A DNA stretch of 64,000 bases, taken from contig OZ024750.1 in NCBI GenBank assembly GCA_964016885.1, positions 41,044,001-41,108,000 on the forward strand, given 5' to 3'. Source of the DNA: Eledone cirrhosa. Its lineage: Eukaryota. Positions 26,250-39,700 of this stretch are shown piece after piece. How positions within the stretch are numbered: position 1 is the first letter of the stretch; the number at the start of each line of letters is the position of its first letter. A program made the position numbers and the translations under genes. The notes below the pieces were generated by a model, which ran no database searches, was not told the origin of the DNA, and saw only the letters and a program-made list of their open reading frames with translations.

Positions 26250-27500
26250 CTAAGACTGACAGAAGTGATAAGAGCTAACCTCAAATTGCTAAGACTGGCA
26301 GCTGTGGTAAGACCTAACCTCAAATTGCTAAGACTGGCAGAGGATGTAAGACCTAACCTCAAATTGTTAAGACTGGCAGAAGTGATAAGACCAAACCTCA
26401 AATTGCTAAGACTGGCAGAGGTGGTAAGACCAAACCTCAAATTGCTAAGACTGGCAGAAGTGGTAAGACCTAACCTCAAATTATTAAGACTGGCAGAAGT
26501 GGTAAGACCTAACCTCAAATTGCTAAGACTGGCAGAAGTGGTAAGACCTAACCTCAAATTGCTAAGACTGACAGAAGTGGTAAGACCTAACCTCAAATTG
26601 CTAAAACTGGCAGAAGTGATAAGAGCTAACCTCAAATTGCTAAGACTGGCAGCTGTGGTAAGACCTAACCTCAAATTGCTAAGACTGGCAGAGGATGTAA
26701 GACCTAACCTCAAATTGCTAAGACTGGCAGAAGTGGTAAGACCTAACCTCAAATTCATAAGACTGGCAGAAGTGGTAAGACCTAACCTCAAATTGCTAAG
26801 ACTGGCAGAGGTGGTAAGACCTAACCTCAAATTGCTAAGACTGGCAGAGGTGGTAAGACCTAACCTCAAATTGCTAAGACTGGCAGAAGTGATAAGAGCT
26901 AACCTCAAATTGCTAAGACTGGCAGCTGTGGTAAGACCTAACCTCAAATTGCTAAGACTGGCAGAGGATGTAAGACCTAACCTCAAATTGTTAAGACTGG
27001 CAGAAGTGATAAGACCAAACCTCAAATTGCTAAGACTGGCAGAGGTGGTAAGACCAAACCTCAAATTGCTAAGACTGGCAGAAGTGGTAAGACCTAACCT
27101 CAAATTATTAAGACTGGCAGAAGTGGTAAGACCTAACCTCAAATTGCTAAGACTGGCAGAAGTGGTAAGACCTAACCTCAAATTGCTAAGACTGACAGAA
27201 GTGGTAAGACCTAACCTCAAATTGCTAAAACTGGCAGAAGTGATAAGAGCTAACCTCAAATTGCTAAGACTGGCAGCTGTGGTAAGACCTAACCTCAAAT
27301 TGCTAAGACTGGCAGAGGATGTAAGACCTAACCTCAAATTGCTAAGACTGGCAGAAGTGGTAAGACCTAACCTCAAATTCATAAGACTGGCAGAAGTGGT
27401 AAGACCTAACCTCAAATTGCTAAGACTGGCAGAGGTGGTAAGACCTAACCTCAAATTGCTAAGACTGGCAGAGGTGGTAAGACCTAACCTCAAATTGCTA
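26250..27500. repeat. 16-monomer (624 bp) tandem duplication, also present in the second large copy at ~45860-47110
   Basis: ctaaaact occurs at 26601/27225 and 46212/46836. The ttcataag variant follows at the same offset. Confidence 0.85.
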
Positions 27501-27999
27501 AGACTGGCAGAGGTGGTAAGACCTAACCTCAAATTGTTAAGACTGGCAGAAGTGATAAGACCAAACCTCAAATTGCTAAGACTGGCAGAAGTGGTAAGAC
27601 CTAACCTCAAATTGTTAAGACTGGCAGAGGTGGTAAGACCTAACCTCAAATTGCTAAGACTGACACAAGTGGTAAGACCTAACCTCAAATTGCTAAGACT
27701 GGCAGAGGTGGTAAGACCTAACCTCAAATTGCTAAGACTGGCAGAAGTGGTAAGACCTAACCTCAAATTGCTAAGACTGGCAGAAGTGGTAAGACCTAAC
27801 CTCAAATTGCTAAGACTGGCAGAGGTGGTAAGACCTAACCTCAAATTGCTAAGACTGGCAGAAGTGGTAAGACCTAACCTCAAATTGCTAAGACTGGCTG
27901 AAGTGGTAAGACCTAACCTCAACTTGCTAAGACTGGCAGAGGTGGTAAGACCTAACCTTAAATTGCTCAGACTGGCAGAAGTGGTAAGACCTAACCTCA

Positions 28000-30900
28000 A
28001 CTTGCTAAGACTGGCAGAAGTGGTAAAACCTATCCTCAAATTGCTAAGACTGGCAGAAGTGGTAGGACCTAACCTCAAATTGCTAAGACTGACAAAAGTG
28101 GTAAGACCTAACCTCAAATTGCTAAGACTGGCAGAGGTGGTAAGACCTAACCTCAAATTGCTAAGACTGGCAGAGGTGGTAAGACCTAATCTCAAATTGC
28201 TAAGACTGGCAGAGTTGGTAAGACCTAACCTCAAATTGCTAAGACCGGCAAAGGTGGTAAGACCTAACCTCAAATTGCCAAGACCGGCAAAGGTGGTAAG
28301 ACCTAACCTCAAATTGCTAAGACTGGCAGAAGTGATAAGAGCTAACCTCAAATTGCTAAGACTGGCAGCTGTGGTAAGACCTAACCTCAAATTGCTAAGA
28401 CTGGCAGAGGATGTAAGACCTAACCTCAAATTGTTAAGACTGGCAGAAGTGATAAGACCAAACCTCAAATTGCTAAGACTGGCAGAGGTGGTAAGACCAA
28501 ACCTCAAATTGCTAAGACTGGCAGAAGTGGTAAGACCTAACCTCAAATTATTAAGACTGGCAGAAGTGGTAAGACCTAACCTCAAATTGCTAAGACTGGC
28601 AGAAGTGGTAAGACCTAACCTCAAATTGCTAAGACTGACAGAAGTGGTAAGACCTAACCTCAAATTGCTAAGACTGGCAGAGGTGGTAAGACCTAACCTC
28701 AAATTGCTAAGACTGGCAGAAGTGGTAAGACCTAACCTCAAATTGCTAAGACTGTCAGAGGTGGTAAGACCTAACATCAAATTGCTAAGACTGACAGAAG
28801 TGGTAAGACCTAACCTCAAATTGCTAAGACTGGCAGAGGTGGTAAGACCTAACCTCAAATTGCTAAGACTGGCAGAGGTGGTAAGACCTAACCTCAAATT
28901 GCTAAGACTGGCAGAGGTGGTAAGACCTAACCTCAAATTGCTAAGACTGGCAGAGTTGGTAAGACCTAACCTCAAATTGCTAAGACCGTCAAAGGTGGTA
29001 AGACCTAACTTCAAATTGCTAAGACTGGCAGAAGTGATAAGAGCTAACCTCAAATTGCTAAGACTGGCAGATGTGGTAAGATCTAACCTCAAATTGCTAA
29101 GACTGGCAGAGGAGGTAAGACCTAACCTCAAATTGCTAAGACTGGCAGAAGTGGTAAGACCTAACCTCAAGTTGCTAAGACTGGCAGAAGTGGTAAGACC
29201 TAACCTCAAATTGCTAAGACTGGCAGAAGTGGTAAGACCTAACCTCAAATTGCTAAGACTGACAGAAGTGGTAAGACCTAACCTCAAATTGCTAAGACTG
29301 GCAGAGGTGGTAAGACCTAACCTCAAATTGCTAAGACTGGCAGAGGTGGTAAGACCTAACCTCAAATTGCTAAGACTGGCAGAGGTGGTAAGACCTAACC
29401 TAAAATTGCTAAGACTGGCAGAAGTGGTAAGACCTAACCTCAACTTGCTAAGACTGGCAGAGGTGGTAAGACCTAACCTTAAATTGCTAAGACTGGCAGA
29501 AGTGGTAAGACCTAACCTCAAATTGCTAAGACTGACAGAAGTGGTAAGACCTAACCTCAAATTGCTAAGACTGGCAGAGGTGGTAAGACCTAACCTCAAA
29601 TTGCTAAGACTGGCAGAGGTGGTAAGACCTAATCTCAAATTGCTAAGACTGGCAGAGTTGGTAAGACCTAACCTCAAATTGCTAAGACCGGCAAAGGTGG
29701 TAAGACCTAACCTCAAATTGCTAAGACCGGCAAAGGTGGTAAGACCTAACCTCAAATTGCTAAGACTGGCAGAAGTGATAAGAGCTAACCTCAAATTGCT
29801 AAGACTGGCAGCTGTGGTAAGACCTAACCTCAAATTGCTAAGACTGGCAGAGGATGTAACACCTAACCTCAAATTGTTAAGACTGGCAGAAGTGATAAGA
29901 CCAAACCTCAAATTGCTAAGACTGGCAGAGGTGGTAAGACCAAACCTCAAATTGCTAAGACTGGCAGAAGTGGTAAGACCTAACCTCAAATTATTAAGAC
30001 TGGCAGAAGTGGTAAGACCTAACCTCAAATTGCTAAGACTGGCAGAAGTGGTAAGACCTAACCTCAAATTGCTAAGACTGACAGAAGTGGTAAGACCTAA
30101 CCTCAAATTGCTAAGACTGGCAGAGGTGGTAAGACCTAACCTCAAATTGCTAAGACTGGCAGAGTTGGTAAGACCTAACCTCAAATTGCTAAGACCGTCA
30201 AAGGTGGTAAGACCTAACCTCAAATTGCTAAGACTGGCAGAAGTGATAAGAGCTAACCTCAAATTGCTAAGACTGGCAGATGTGGTAAGATCTAACCTCA
30301 AATTGCTAAGACTGGCAGAGGAGGTAAGACCTAACCTCAAATTGCTAAGACTGGCAGAAGTGGTAAGACCTAACCTCAAGTTGCTAAGACTGGCAGAAGT
30401 GGTAAGACCTAACCTCAAATTGCTAAGACTGGCAGAAGTGGTAAGACCTAACCTCAAATTGCTAAGACTGACAGAAGTGGTAAGACCTAACCTCAAATTG
30501 CTAAGACTGGCAGAGGTGGTAAGACCTAACCTCAAATTGCTAAGACTGGCAGAGGTGGTAAGAACTAACCTCAAATTGCTAAGACTGGCAGAGGTGGTAA
30601 GACCTAACCTAAAATTGCTAAGACTGGCAGAAGTGGTAAGACCTAACCTCAACTTGCTAAGACTGGCAGAGGTGGTAAGACCTAACCTTAAATTGCTAAG
30701 ACTGGCAGAAGTGGTAAGACCTAACCTCAAATTGCTAAGACTGACAGAAGTGGTAAGACCTAACCTCAAATTGCTAAGACTGGCAGAGGTGGTAAGACCT
30801 AACCTCAAATTGCTAAGACTGGCAGAGGTGGTAAGACCTAATCTCAAATTGCTAAGACTGGCAGAGTTGGTAAGACCTAACCTCAAATTGCTAAGACCGG

Positions 30901-33900
30901 CAAAGGTGGTAAGACCTAACCTCAAATTGCTAAGACCGGCAAAGGTGGTAAGACATAACCTCAAATTGCTAAGACTGGCAGAAGTGATAAGAGCTAACCT
31001 CAAATTGCTAAGACTGGCAGCTGTGGTAAGACCTAACCTCAAATTGCTAAGACTGGCAGAGGATGTAAGACCTAACCTCAAATTGTTAAGACTGGCAGAA
31101 GTGATAAGACCAAACCTCAAATTGCTAAGACTGGCAGAGGTGGTAAGACCAAACCTCAAATTGCTAAGACTGGCAGAAGTGGTAAGACCTAACCTCAAAT
31201 TATTAAGACTGGCAGAAGTGGTAAGACCTAACCTCAAATTGCTAAGACTGGCAGAAGTGGTAAGACCTAACCTCAAATTATTAAGACTGGCAGAAGTGGT
31301 AAGACCTAACCTCAAATTGCTAAGACTGGCAGAAGTGGTAAGACCTAACCTCAAATTGCTAAGACTGACAGAAGTGGTAAGACCTAACCTCAAATTGCTA
31401 AGACTGGCAGAGGTGGTAAGACCTAACCTCAATTTGCTAAGACTGGCAGAAGTGGTAAGACCTAACCTCAAATTGCTAAGACTGTCAGAGGTGGTAAGAC
31501 CTAACATCAAATTGCTAAGACTGACAGAAGTGGTAAGACCTAACCTCAACTTGCTAAGACTGGCAGAAGTGGTAAAACCTATCCTCAAATTGCTAAGACT
31601 GGCAGAAGTGGTAGGACCTAACCTCAAATTGCTAAGACTGACAGAAGTGGTAAGACCTAACCTCAAATTGCTAAGACTGGCAGAGGTGGTAAGACCTAAC
31701 CTCAAATTGCTAAGACTGGCAGAGGTGGTAAGACCTAATCTCAAATTGCTAAGACTGGCAGAGTTGGTAAGACCTAACCTCAAATTGCTAAGACCGGCAA
31801 AGGTGGTAAGACCTAACCTCAAATTGCTAAGACCGGCAAAGGTGGTAAGACCTAACCGCAAATTGCTAAGACTGGCAGAAGTGATAAGAGCTAACCTCAA
31901 ATTGCTAAGACTGGCAGCTGTGGTAAGACCTAACCTCAAATTGCTAAGACTGGCAGAGGATGTAAGACCTAACCTCAAATTGTTAAGACTGGCAGAAGTG
32001 ATAAGACCAAACCTCAAATTGCTAAGACTGGCAGAGGTGGTAAGACCAAACCTCAAATTGCTAAGACTGGCAGAAGTGGTAAGACCTAACCTCAAATTAT
32101 TAAGACTGGCAGAAGTGGTAAGACCTAACCTCAAATTGCTAAGACTGGCAGAAGTGGTAAGACCTAACCTCAAATTGCTAAGACTGACAGAAGTGGTAAG
32201 GCCTAACCTCAAATTGCTAAGACTGGCAGAGGTGGTAAGACCTAACCTCAAATTGCTAAGACTGGCAGAAGTGGTAAGACCTAACCTCAAATTGCTAAGA
32301 CTGTCAGAGGTGGTAAGACCTAACATCAAATTGCTAAGACTGACAGAAGTGGTAAGACCTAACCTCAAATTGCTAAGACTGGCAGAGGTGGTAAGACCTA
32401 ACCTCAAATTGCTAAGACTGGCAGAGGTGGTAAGACCTAACCTCAAATTGCTAAGACTGGCAGAGTTGGTAAGACCTAACCTCAAATTGCTAAGACCGTC
32501 AAAGGTGGTAAGACCTAACCTCAAATTGCTAAGACTGGCAGAAGTGATAAGAGCTAACCTCAAATTGCTAAGACTGGCAGATGTGGTAAGATCTAACCTC
32601 AAATTGCTAAGACTGGCAGAGGAGGTAAGACCTAACCTCAAATTGCTAAGACTGGCAGAAGTGGTAAGACCTAACCTCAAGTTGCTAAGACTGGCAGAAG
32701 TGGTAAGACCTAACCTCAAATTGCTAAGACTGGCAGAAGTGGTAAGACCTAACCTCAAATTGCTAAGACTGACAGAAGTGGTAAGACCTAACCTCAAATT
32801 GCTAAGACTGGCAGAGGTGGTAAGACCTAACCTCAAATTGCTAAGACTGGCAGAGGTGGTAAGACCTAACCTCAAATTGCTAAGACTGGCAGAGGTGGTA
32901 AGACCTAACCTAAAATTGCTAAGACTGGCAGAAGTGGTAAGACCTAACCTCAACTTGCTAAGACTGGCAGAGGTGGTAAGACCTAACCTTAAATTGCTAA
33001 GACTGGCAGAAGTGGTAAGACCTAACCTCAAATTGCTAAGACTGACAGAAGTGGTAAGACCTAACCTCAAATTGCTAAGACTGGCAGAGGTGGTAAGACC
33101 TAATCTCAAATTGCTAAGACTGGCAGAGTTGGTAAGACCTAACCTCAAATTGCTAAGACCGGCAAAGGTGGTAAGACCTAACCTCAAATTGCTAAGACCG
33201 GCAAAGGTGGTAAGACCTAACCTCAAATTGCTAAGACTGGCAGAAGTGATAAGAGCTAACCTCAAATTGCTAAGACTGGCAGCTGTGGTAAGACCTAACC
33301 TCAAATTGCTAAGACTGGCAGAGGATGTAAGACCTAACCTCAAATTGTTAAGACTGGCAGAAGTGATAAGACCAAACCTCAAATTGCTAAGACTGGCAGA
33401 GGTGGTAAGACCAAACCTCAAATTGCTAAGACTGGCAGAAGTGGTAAGACCTAACCTCAAATTATTAAGACTGGCAGAAGTGGTAAGACCTAACCTCAAA
33501 TTGCTAAGACTGGCAGAAGTGGTAAGACCTAACCTCAAATTGCTAAGACTGACAGAAGTGGTAAGACCTAACCTCAAATTGCTAAGACTGGCAGAGGTGG
33601 TAAGACCTAACCTCAAATTGCTAAGACTGGCAGAGTTGGTAAGACCTAACCTCAAATTGCTAAGACCGTCAAAGGTGGTAAGACCTAACCTCAAATTGCT
33701 AAGACTGGCAGAAGTGATAAGAGCTAACCTCAAATTGCTAAGACTGGCAGATGTGGTAAGATCTAACCTCAAATTGCTAAGACTGGCAGAGGAGGTAAGA
33801 CCTAACCTCAAATTGCTAAGACTGGCAGAAGTGGTAAGACCTAACCTCAAGTTGCTAAGACTGGCAGAAGTGGTAAGACCTAACCTCAAATTGCTAAGAC

Positions 33901-34780
33901 TGGCAGAAGTGGTAAGACCTAACCTCAAATTGCTAAGACTGACAGAAGTGGTAAGACCTAACCTCAAATTGCTAAGACTGGCAGAGGTGGTAAGACCTAA
34001 CCTCAAATTGCTAAGACTGGCAGAGGTGGTAAGAACTAACCTCAAATTGCTAAGACTGGCAGAGGTGGTAAGACCTAACCTAAAATTGCTAAGACTGGCA
34101 GAAGTGGTAAGACCTAACCTCAACTTGCTAAGACTGGCAGAGGTGGTAAGACCTAACCTTAAATTGCTAAGACTGGCAGAAGTGGTAAGACCTAACCTCA
34201 AATTGCTAAGACTGACAGAAGTGGTAAGACCTAACCTCAAATTGCTAAGACTGGCAGAGGTGGTAAGACCTAACCTCAAATTGCTAAGACTGGCAGAGGT
34301 GGTAAGACCTAATCTCAAATTGCTAAGACTGGCAGAGTTGGTAAGACCTAACCTCAAATTGCTAAGACCGGCAAAGGTGGTAAGACCTAACCTCAAATTG
34401 CTAAGACCGGCAAAGGTGGTAAGACCTAACCTCAAATTGCTAAGACTGGCAGAAGTGATAAGAGCTAACCTCAAATTGCTAAGACTGGCAGCTGTGGTAA
34501 GACCTAACCTCAAATTGCTAAGACTGGCAGAGGATGTAAGACCTAACCTCAAATTGTTAAGACTGGCAGAAGTGATAAGACCAAACCTCAAATTGCTAAG
34601 ACTGGCAGAGGTGGTAAGACCAAACCTCAAATTGCTAAGACTGGCAGAAGTGGTAAGACCTAACCTCAAATTATTAAGACTGGCAGAAGTGGTAAGACCT
34701 AACCTCAAATTGCTAAGACTGGCAGAAGTGGTAAGACCTAACCTCAAATTGCTAAGACTGACAGAAGTGGTAAGACCTAA
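28000..34780. repeat. Nested ~90-monomer duplication containing 30-31-monomer sub-duplications
   Basis: gtaggacct is at 28062/31611 (3549 = 91x39). ccgtcaaa is at 28986, 30195 (+31 monomers), 32496 and 33666 (+30 monomers). Confidence 0.8.
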
Positions 34781-36706
34781 CCTCAAATTGCTAAAACTGG
34801 CAGAAGTGATAAGAGCTAACCTCAAATTGCTAAGACTGGCAGCTGTGGTAAGACCTAACCTCAAATTGCTAAGACTGGCAGAGGATGTAAGACCTAACCT
34901 CAAATTGCTAAGACTGGCAGAAGTGGTAAGACCTAACCTCAAATTCATAAGACTGGCAGAAGTGGTAAGACCTAACCTCAAATTGCTAAGACTGGCAGAG
35001 GTGGTAAGACCTAACCTCAAATTGCTAAGACTGGCAGAGGTGGTAAGACCTAACCTCAAATTGCTAAGACTGGCAGAGGTGGTAAGACCTAACCTCAAAT
35101 TGTTAAGACTGGCAGAAGTGATAAGACCAAACCTCAAATTGCTAAGACTGGCAGAAGTGGTAAGACCTAACCTCAAATTGTTAAGACTGGCAGAGGTGGT
35201 AAGACCTAACCTCAAATTGCTAAGACTGACAGAAGTGGTAAGACCTAACCTCAAATTGCTAAGACTGGCAGAGGTGGTAAGACCTAACCTCAAATTGCTA
35301 AGACTGGCAGAAGTGGTAAGACCTAACCTCAAATTGCTAAGACTGGCAGAAGTGGTAAGACCTAATCTCAAATTGCTAAGACTGGCAGAGGTGGTAAGAC
35401 CTAACCTCAAATTGCTAAGACTGGCAGAAGTGGTAAGACCTAACCTCAAATTGCTAAGACTGGCAGAGGTGGTAAGACATAACCTAAAATTGCTAAGACT
35501 GGCAGAAGTGATAAGAGCTAACCTCAAATTGCTAAGACTGGCAGAGGTGGTAAGACCTAACCTCAAATTGCCAAGACTGGCAGAGGTGGTAAGACCTAAC
35601 CTCCAATTGTTAAGACTGGCAGAAGTGATAAGACCAAACCTCAAATTGCTAAGACTGGCAGAAGTGGTAAGACCTAACCTCAAATTGTTAAGACTGGCAG
35701 AGGTGGTAAGACCTAACCTCAAATTGCTAAGACTGACAGAAGTGGTAAGACCTAACCTCAAATTGCTCAGACTGACAGAAGTGGTAAGATCTAACCTCAA
35801 ATTGCTAAGACTGGCAGAGGTGATAAGAGCTAACCTCAAATTGCTAAGACTGGCAGATGTGGTAAGACCTAACCTCAATTTGCTAAGACTGGCAGAGGAG
35901 GTAAGACCTAACCTCAAATTTCTAAGACTGGCAGAAGTGGTAAGACCTAACCTCAAATTGCTAAGACTGGCAGAAGTGGTAAGACCTAACCTCAAATTGC
36001 TAAGACTGGCAGAGGTGGTAAGACCTAACCTCAAATTGCTAAGACTGGCAGAGGTGGTAAGACCTAACCTCAAATTGCTAAGACTGGCAGAAGTGATAAG
36101 ACCAAACCTCAAATTGCTAAGACTGGCAGAAGTGGTAAGACCTAACCTCAAATTGTTAAGACTGGCAGAGGTGGTAAGACCTAACCTCAAATTGCTAAGA
36201 TTGACAGAAGTGGTAAGACCTAACCTCAAATTGCTAAGACTGGCAGAGGTAGTAAGACCTAACTTCAAATTGCTAAGACTGGCAGAAGTGGTAAGACCTA
36301 ACCTCAAATTGCTAAGTCTGACAGAAGTGGTAAGATCTAACCTCAAATTGCTAAGACTGGCAGAGGTGGTAAGACCTAACCTCAAATTGCTAAGACTGGC
36401 AGAGTTGGTAAGACCTAACCTAAAATTGCTAAGACCGGCAAAGGTGGTAAGACCTAACCTCAAATTGCTAAGACTGGCAGAAGTGGTAAGACCTAACCTC
36501 AAATTGTTAAGACTGGCAGAGGTGGTAAGACCAAACCTCAAATTGCTAAGACTGGCAGAAGTGATAAGACCAAACCTCAAATTGCTAAGACTGGCAGAAG
36601 TGGTAAGACCTAACCTCAAATTGCTAAGACTGGTAGAGGGGGTAAGACCTAACCTCAAATTGCTAAGACTGGCAGAAGTGGTAAGACCTAACCTCAAATT
36701 GCTAAG

Positions 36707-39700
36707 ACTCAGAGGTGGTAAGACCTCACCTCAAATTGCTAAGACTGACAGAAGTGGTAAGACCTAACCTCAACTTGCTAAGACTGGCAGAGGTGGTAAG
36801 ACCTAACCTTAAATTGCTAAGACTGGCAGAAGTGGTAAGACCTAACCTCAAATTGCTAAGACTGGCAGAAGTGGTAAAACATATCCTCAAATTGCTAAGA
36901 CTGGCAGAAGTGGTAAGACCTAACCTCAAATTGCTAAGACTGACAGAAGTGGTAAGACCCAACCTCAAATTGCTAAGACTGGCAGAGGTGGTAAGACCTA
37001 ACCTCAAATTGCTAAGACTGGCAGAGGTGGTAAGACCTAATCTCAAATTGCTAAGACTGGCAGAGTTGGTAAGACCTAACCTCAAATTGCTAAGACCGGC
37101 AAAGGTGGTAAGACCTAACCTCAAATTGCTAAGACCGGCAAAAATGGTAAGACCTAACCTCAAATTGCTAAGACTGGCAGAAGTGATAAGAGCTAACCTC
37201 AAATTGCTAAGACTGGCAGCTGTGGTAAGACCTAACCTCAAATTGCTAAGACTGGCAGAGGATGTAAGACCTAACCTCAAATTGCTAAGACTGGCAGAAG
37301 TGGTAAGACCTAACCTCAAATTGCTAAGACTGCCAGAAGTGGTAAGACCTAACCTCAAATTGCTAAGACTGGCAGAGGTGGTAAGACCTAACCTCAAATT
37401 GCTAAGACTGGCAGAGGTGGTAAGACCTAACCTCAAATTGCTAAGACTGGCAGAGGTGGTAAGACCTAACCTCAAATTGTTAAGACTGGCAGAAGTGATA
37501 AGACCAAACCTCAAATTGCTAAGACTGGCAGAAGTGGTAAGACCTAACCTCAAATTGTTAAGACTGGCAGAGGTGGTAAGACCTAACCTCAAATTGCTAA
37601 GACTGACAGAAGTGGTAAGACCTAACCTCAAATTGCTAAGACTGGTAGAGGTGGTAAGACCTAACCTCAAATTGCTAAGACTGGCAGAAGTGGTAAGACC
37701 TAACCTCAAATTGCTAAGACTGGCAGAAGTGGTAAGACCTAACCTCAAATTGCTAAGACTGGCAGAGGTGGTAAGACCTAACCTCAAATTGCTAAGACTG
37801 GCAGAAGTGGTAAGACCTAACCTCAAATTGCTAAGACTGGCTGAAGTGGTAAGACCTAACCTCAACTTGCTAAGACTGGCAGAGGTGGTAAGACCTAACC
37901 TTAAATTGCTAAGACTGGCAGAAGTGGTAAGACCTAACCTCAACTTGCTAAGACTGGCAGAAGTGGTAAAACCTATCCTCAAATTGCTAAGACTGGCAGA
38001 AGTGGTAAGACCTAACCTCAAATTGCTAAGACTGACAGAAGTGGTAAGACCTAACCTCAAATTGCTAAGACTGGCAGAGGTGGTAAGACCTAACCTCAAA
38101 TTGCTAAGACTGGCAGAGGTGGTAAGACCTAATCTCAAATTGCTAAGACTGGCAGAGTTGGTAAGACCTAACCTCAAATTGCTAAGACCGGCAAAGGTGG
38201 TAAGACCTAACCTCAAATTGCTAAGACCGGTAAAGGTGGTAAGACCTAACCTCAAATTGCTAAGACTGGCAGAAGTGATAAGAGCTAACCTCAAATTGCT
38301 AAGACTGGCAGCTGTGGTAAGACCTAACCACAAATTGCTAAGACTGGCAGAGGATGTAAGACCTAACCTCAAATTGTTAAGACTGGCAGAAGTGATAAGA
38401 CCAAACCTCAAATTGCTAAGACTGGCAGAGGTGGTAAGACCAAACCTCAAATTGCTAAGACTGGCAGAAGTGGTAAGACCTAACCTCAAATTATTAAGAC
38501 TGGCAGAAGTGGTAAGACCTAACCTCAAATTGCTAAGACTGGCAGAAGTGGTAAGACCTAACCTCAAATTGCTAAGACTGACAGAAGTGGTAAGACCTAA
38601 CCTCAAATTGCTAAAACTGGCAGAAGTGATAAGAGCTAACCTCAAATTGCTAAGACTGGCAGCTGTGGTAAGACCTAACCTCAAATTGCTAAGACTGGCA
38701 GAGGATGTAAGACCTAACCTCAAATTGCTAAGACTGGCAGAAGTGGTAAGACCTAACCTCAAATTCATAAGACTGGCAGAAGTGGTAAGACCTAACCTCA
38801 AATTGCTAAGACTGGCAGAGGTGGTAAGACCTAACCTCAAATTGCTAAGACTGGCAGAGGTGGTAAGACCTAACCTCAAATTGCTAAGACTGGCAGAGGT
38901 GGTAAGACCTAACCTCAAATTGTTAAGACTGGCAGAAGTGATAAGACCAAACCTCAAATTGCTAAGACTGGCAGAAGTGGTAAGACCTAACCTCAAATTG
39001 TTAAGACTGGCAGAGGTGGTAAGACCTAACCTCAAATTGCTAAGACTGACAGAAGTGGTAAGACCTAACCTCAAATTGCTAAGACTGGCAGAGGTGGTAA
39101 GACCTAACCTCAAATTGCTAAGACTGGCAGAAGTGGTAAGACCTAACCTCAAATTGCTAAGACTGGCAGAAGTGGTAAGACCTAATCTCAAATTGCTAAG
39201 ACTGGCAGAGGTGGTAAGACCTAACCTCAAATTGCTAAGACTGGCAGAAGTGGTAAGACCTAACCTCAAATTGCTAAGACTGGCTGAAGTGGTAAGACCT
39301 AACCTCAACTTGCTAAGACTGGCAGAGGTGGTAAGACCTAACCTTAAATTGCTAAGACTGGCAGAAGTGGTAAGACCTAACCTCAACTTGCTAAGACTGG
39401 CAGAAGTGGTAAAACCTATCCTCAAATTGCTAAGACTGGCAGAAGTGGTAAGACCTAACCTCAAATTGCTAAGACTGACAGAAGTGGTAAGACCTAACCT
39501 CAAATTGCTAAGACTGGCAGAGGTGGTAAGACCTAACCTCAAATTGCTAAGACTGGCAGAGGTGGTAAGACCTAATCTCAAATTGCTAAGACTGGCAGAG
39601 TTGGTAAGACCTAACCTCAAATTGCTAAGACCGGCAAAGGTGGTAAGACCTAACCTCAAATTGCTAAGACCGGCAAAGGTGGTAAGACCTAACCTCAAAT

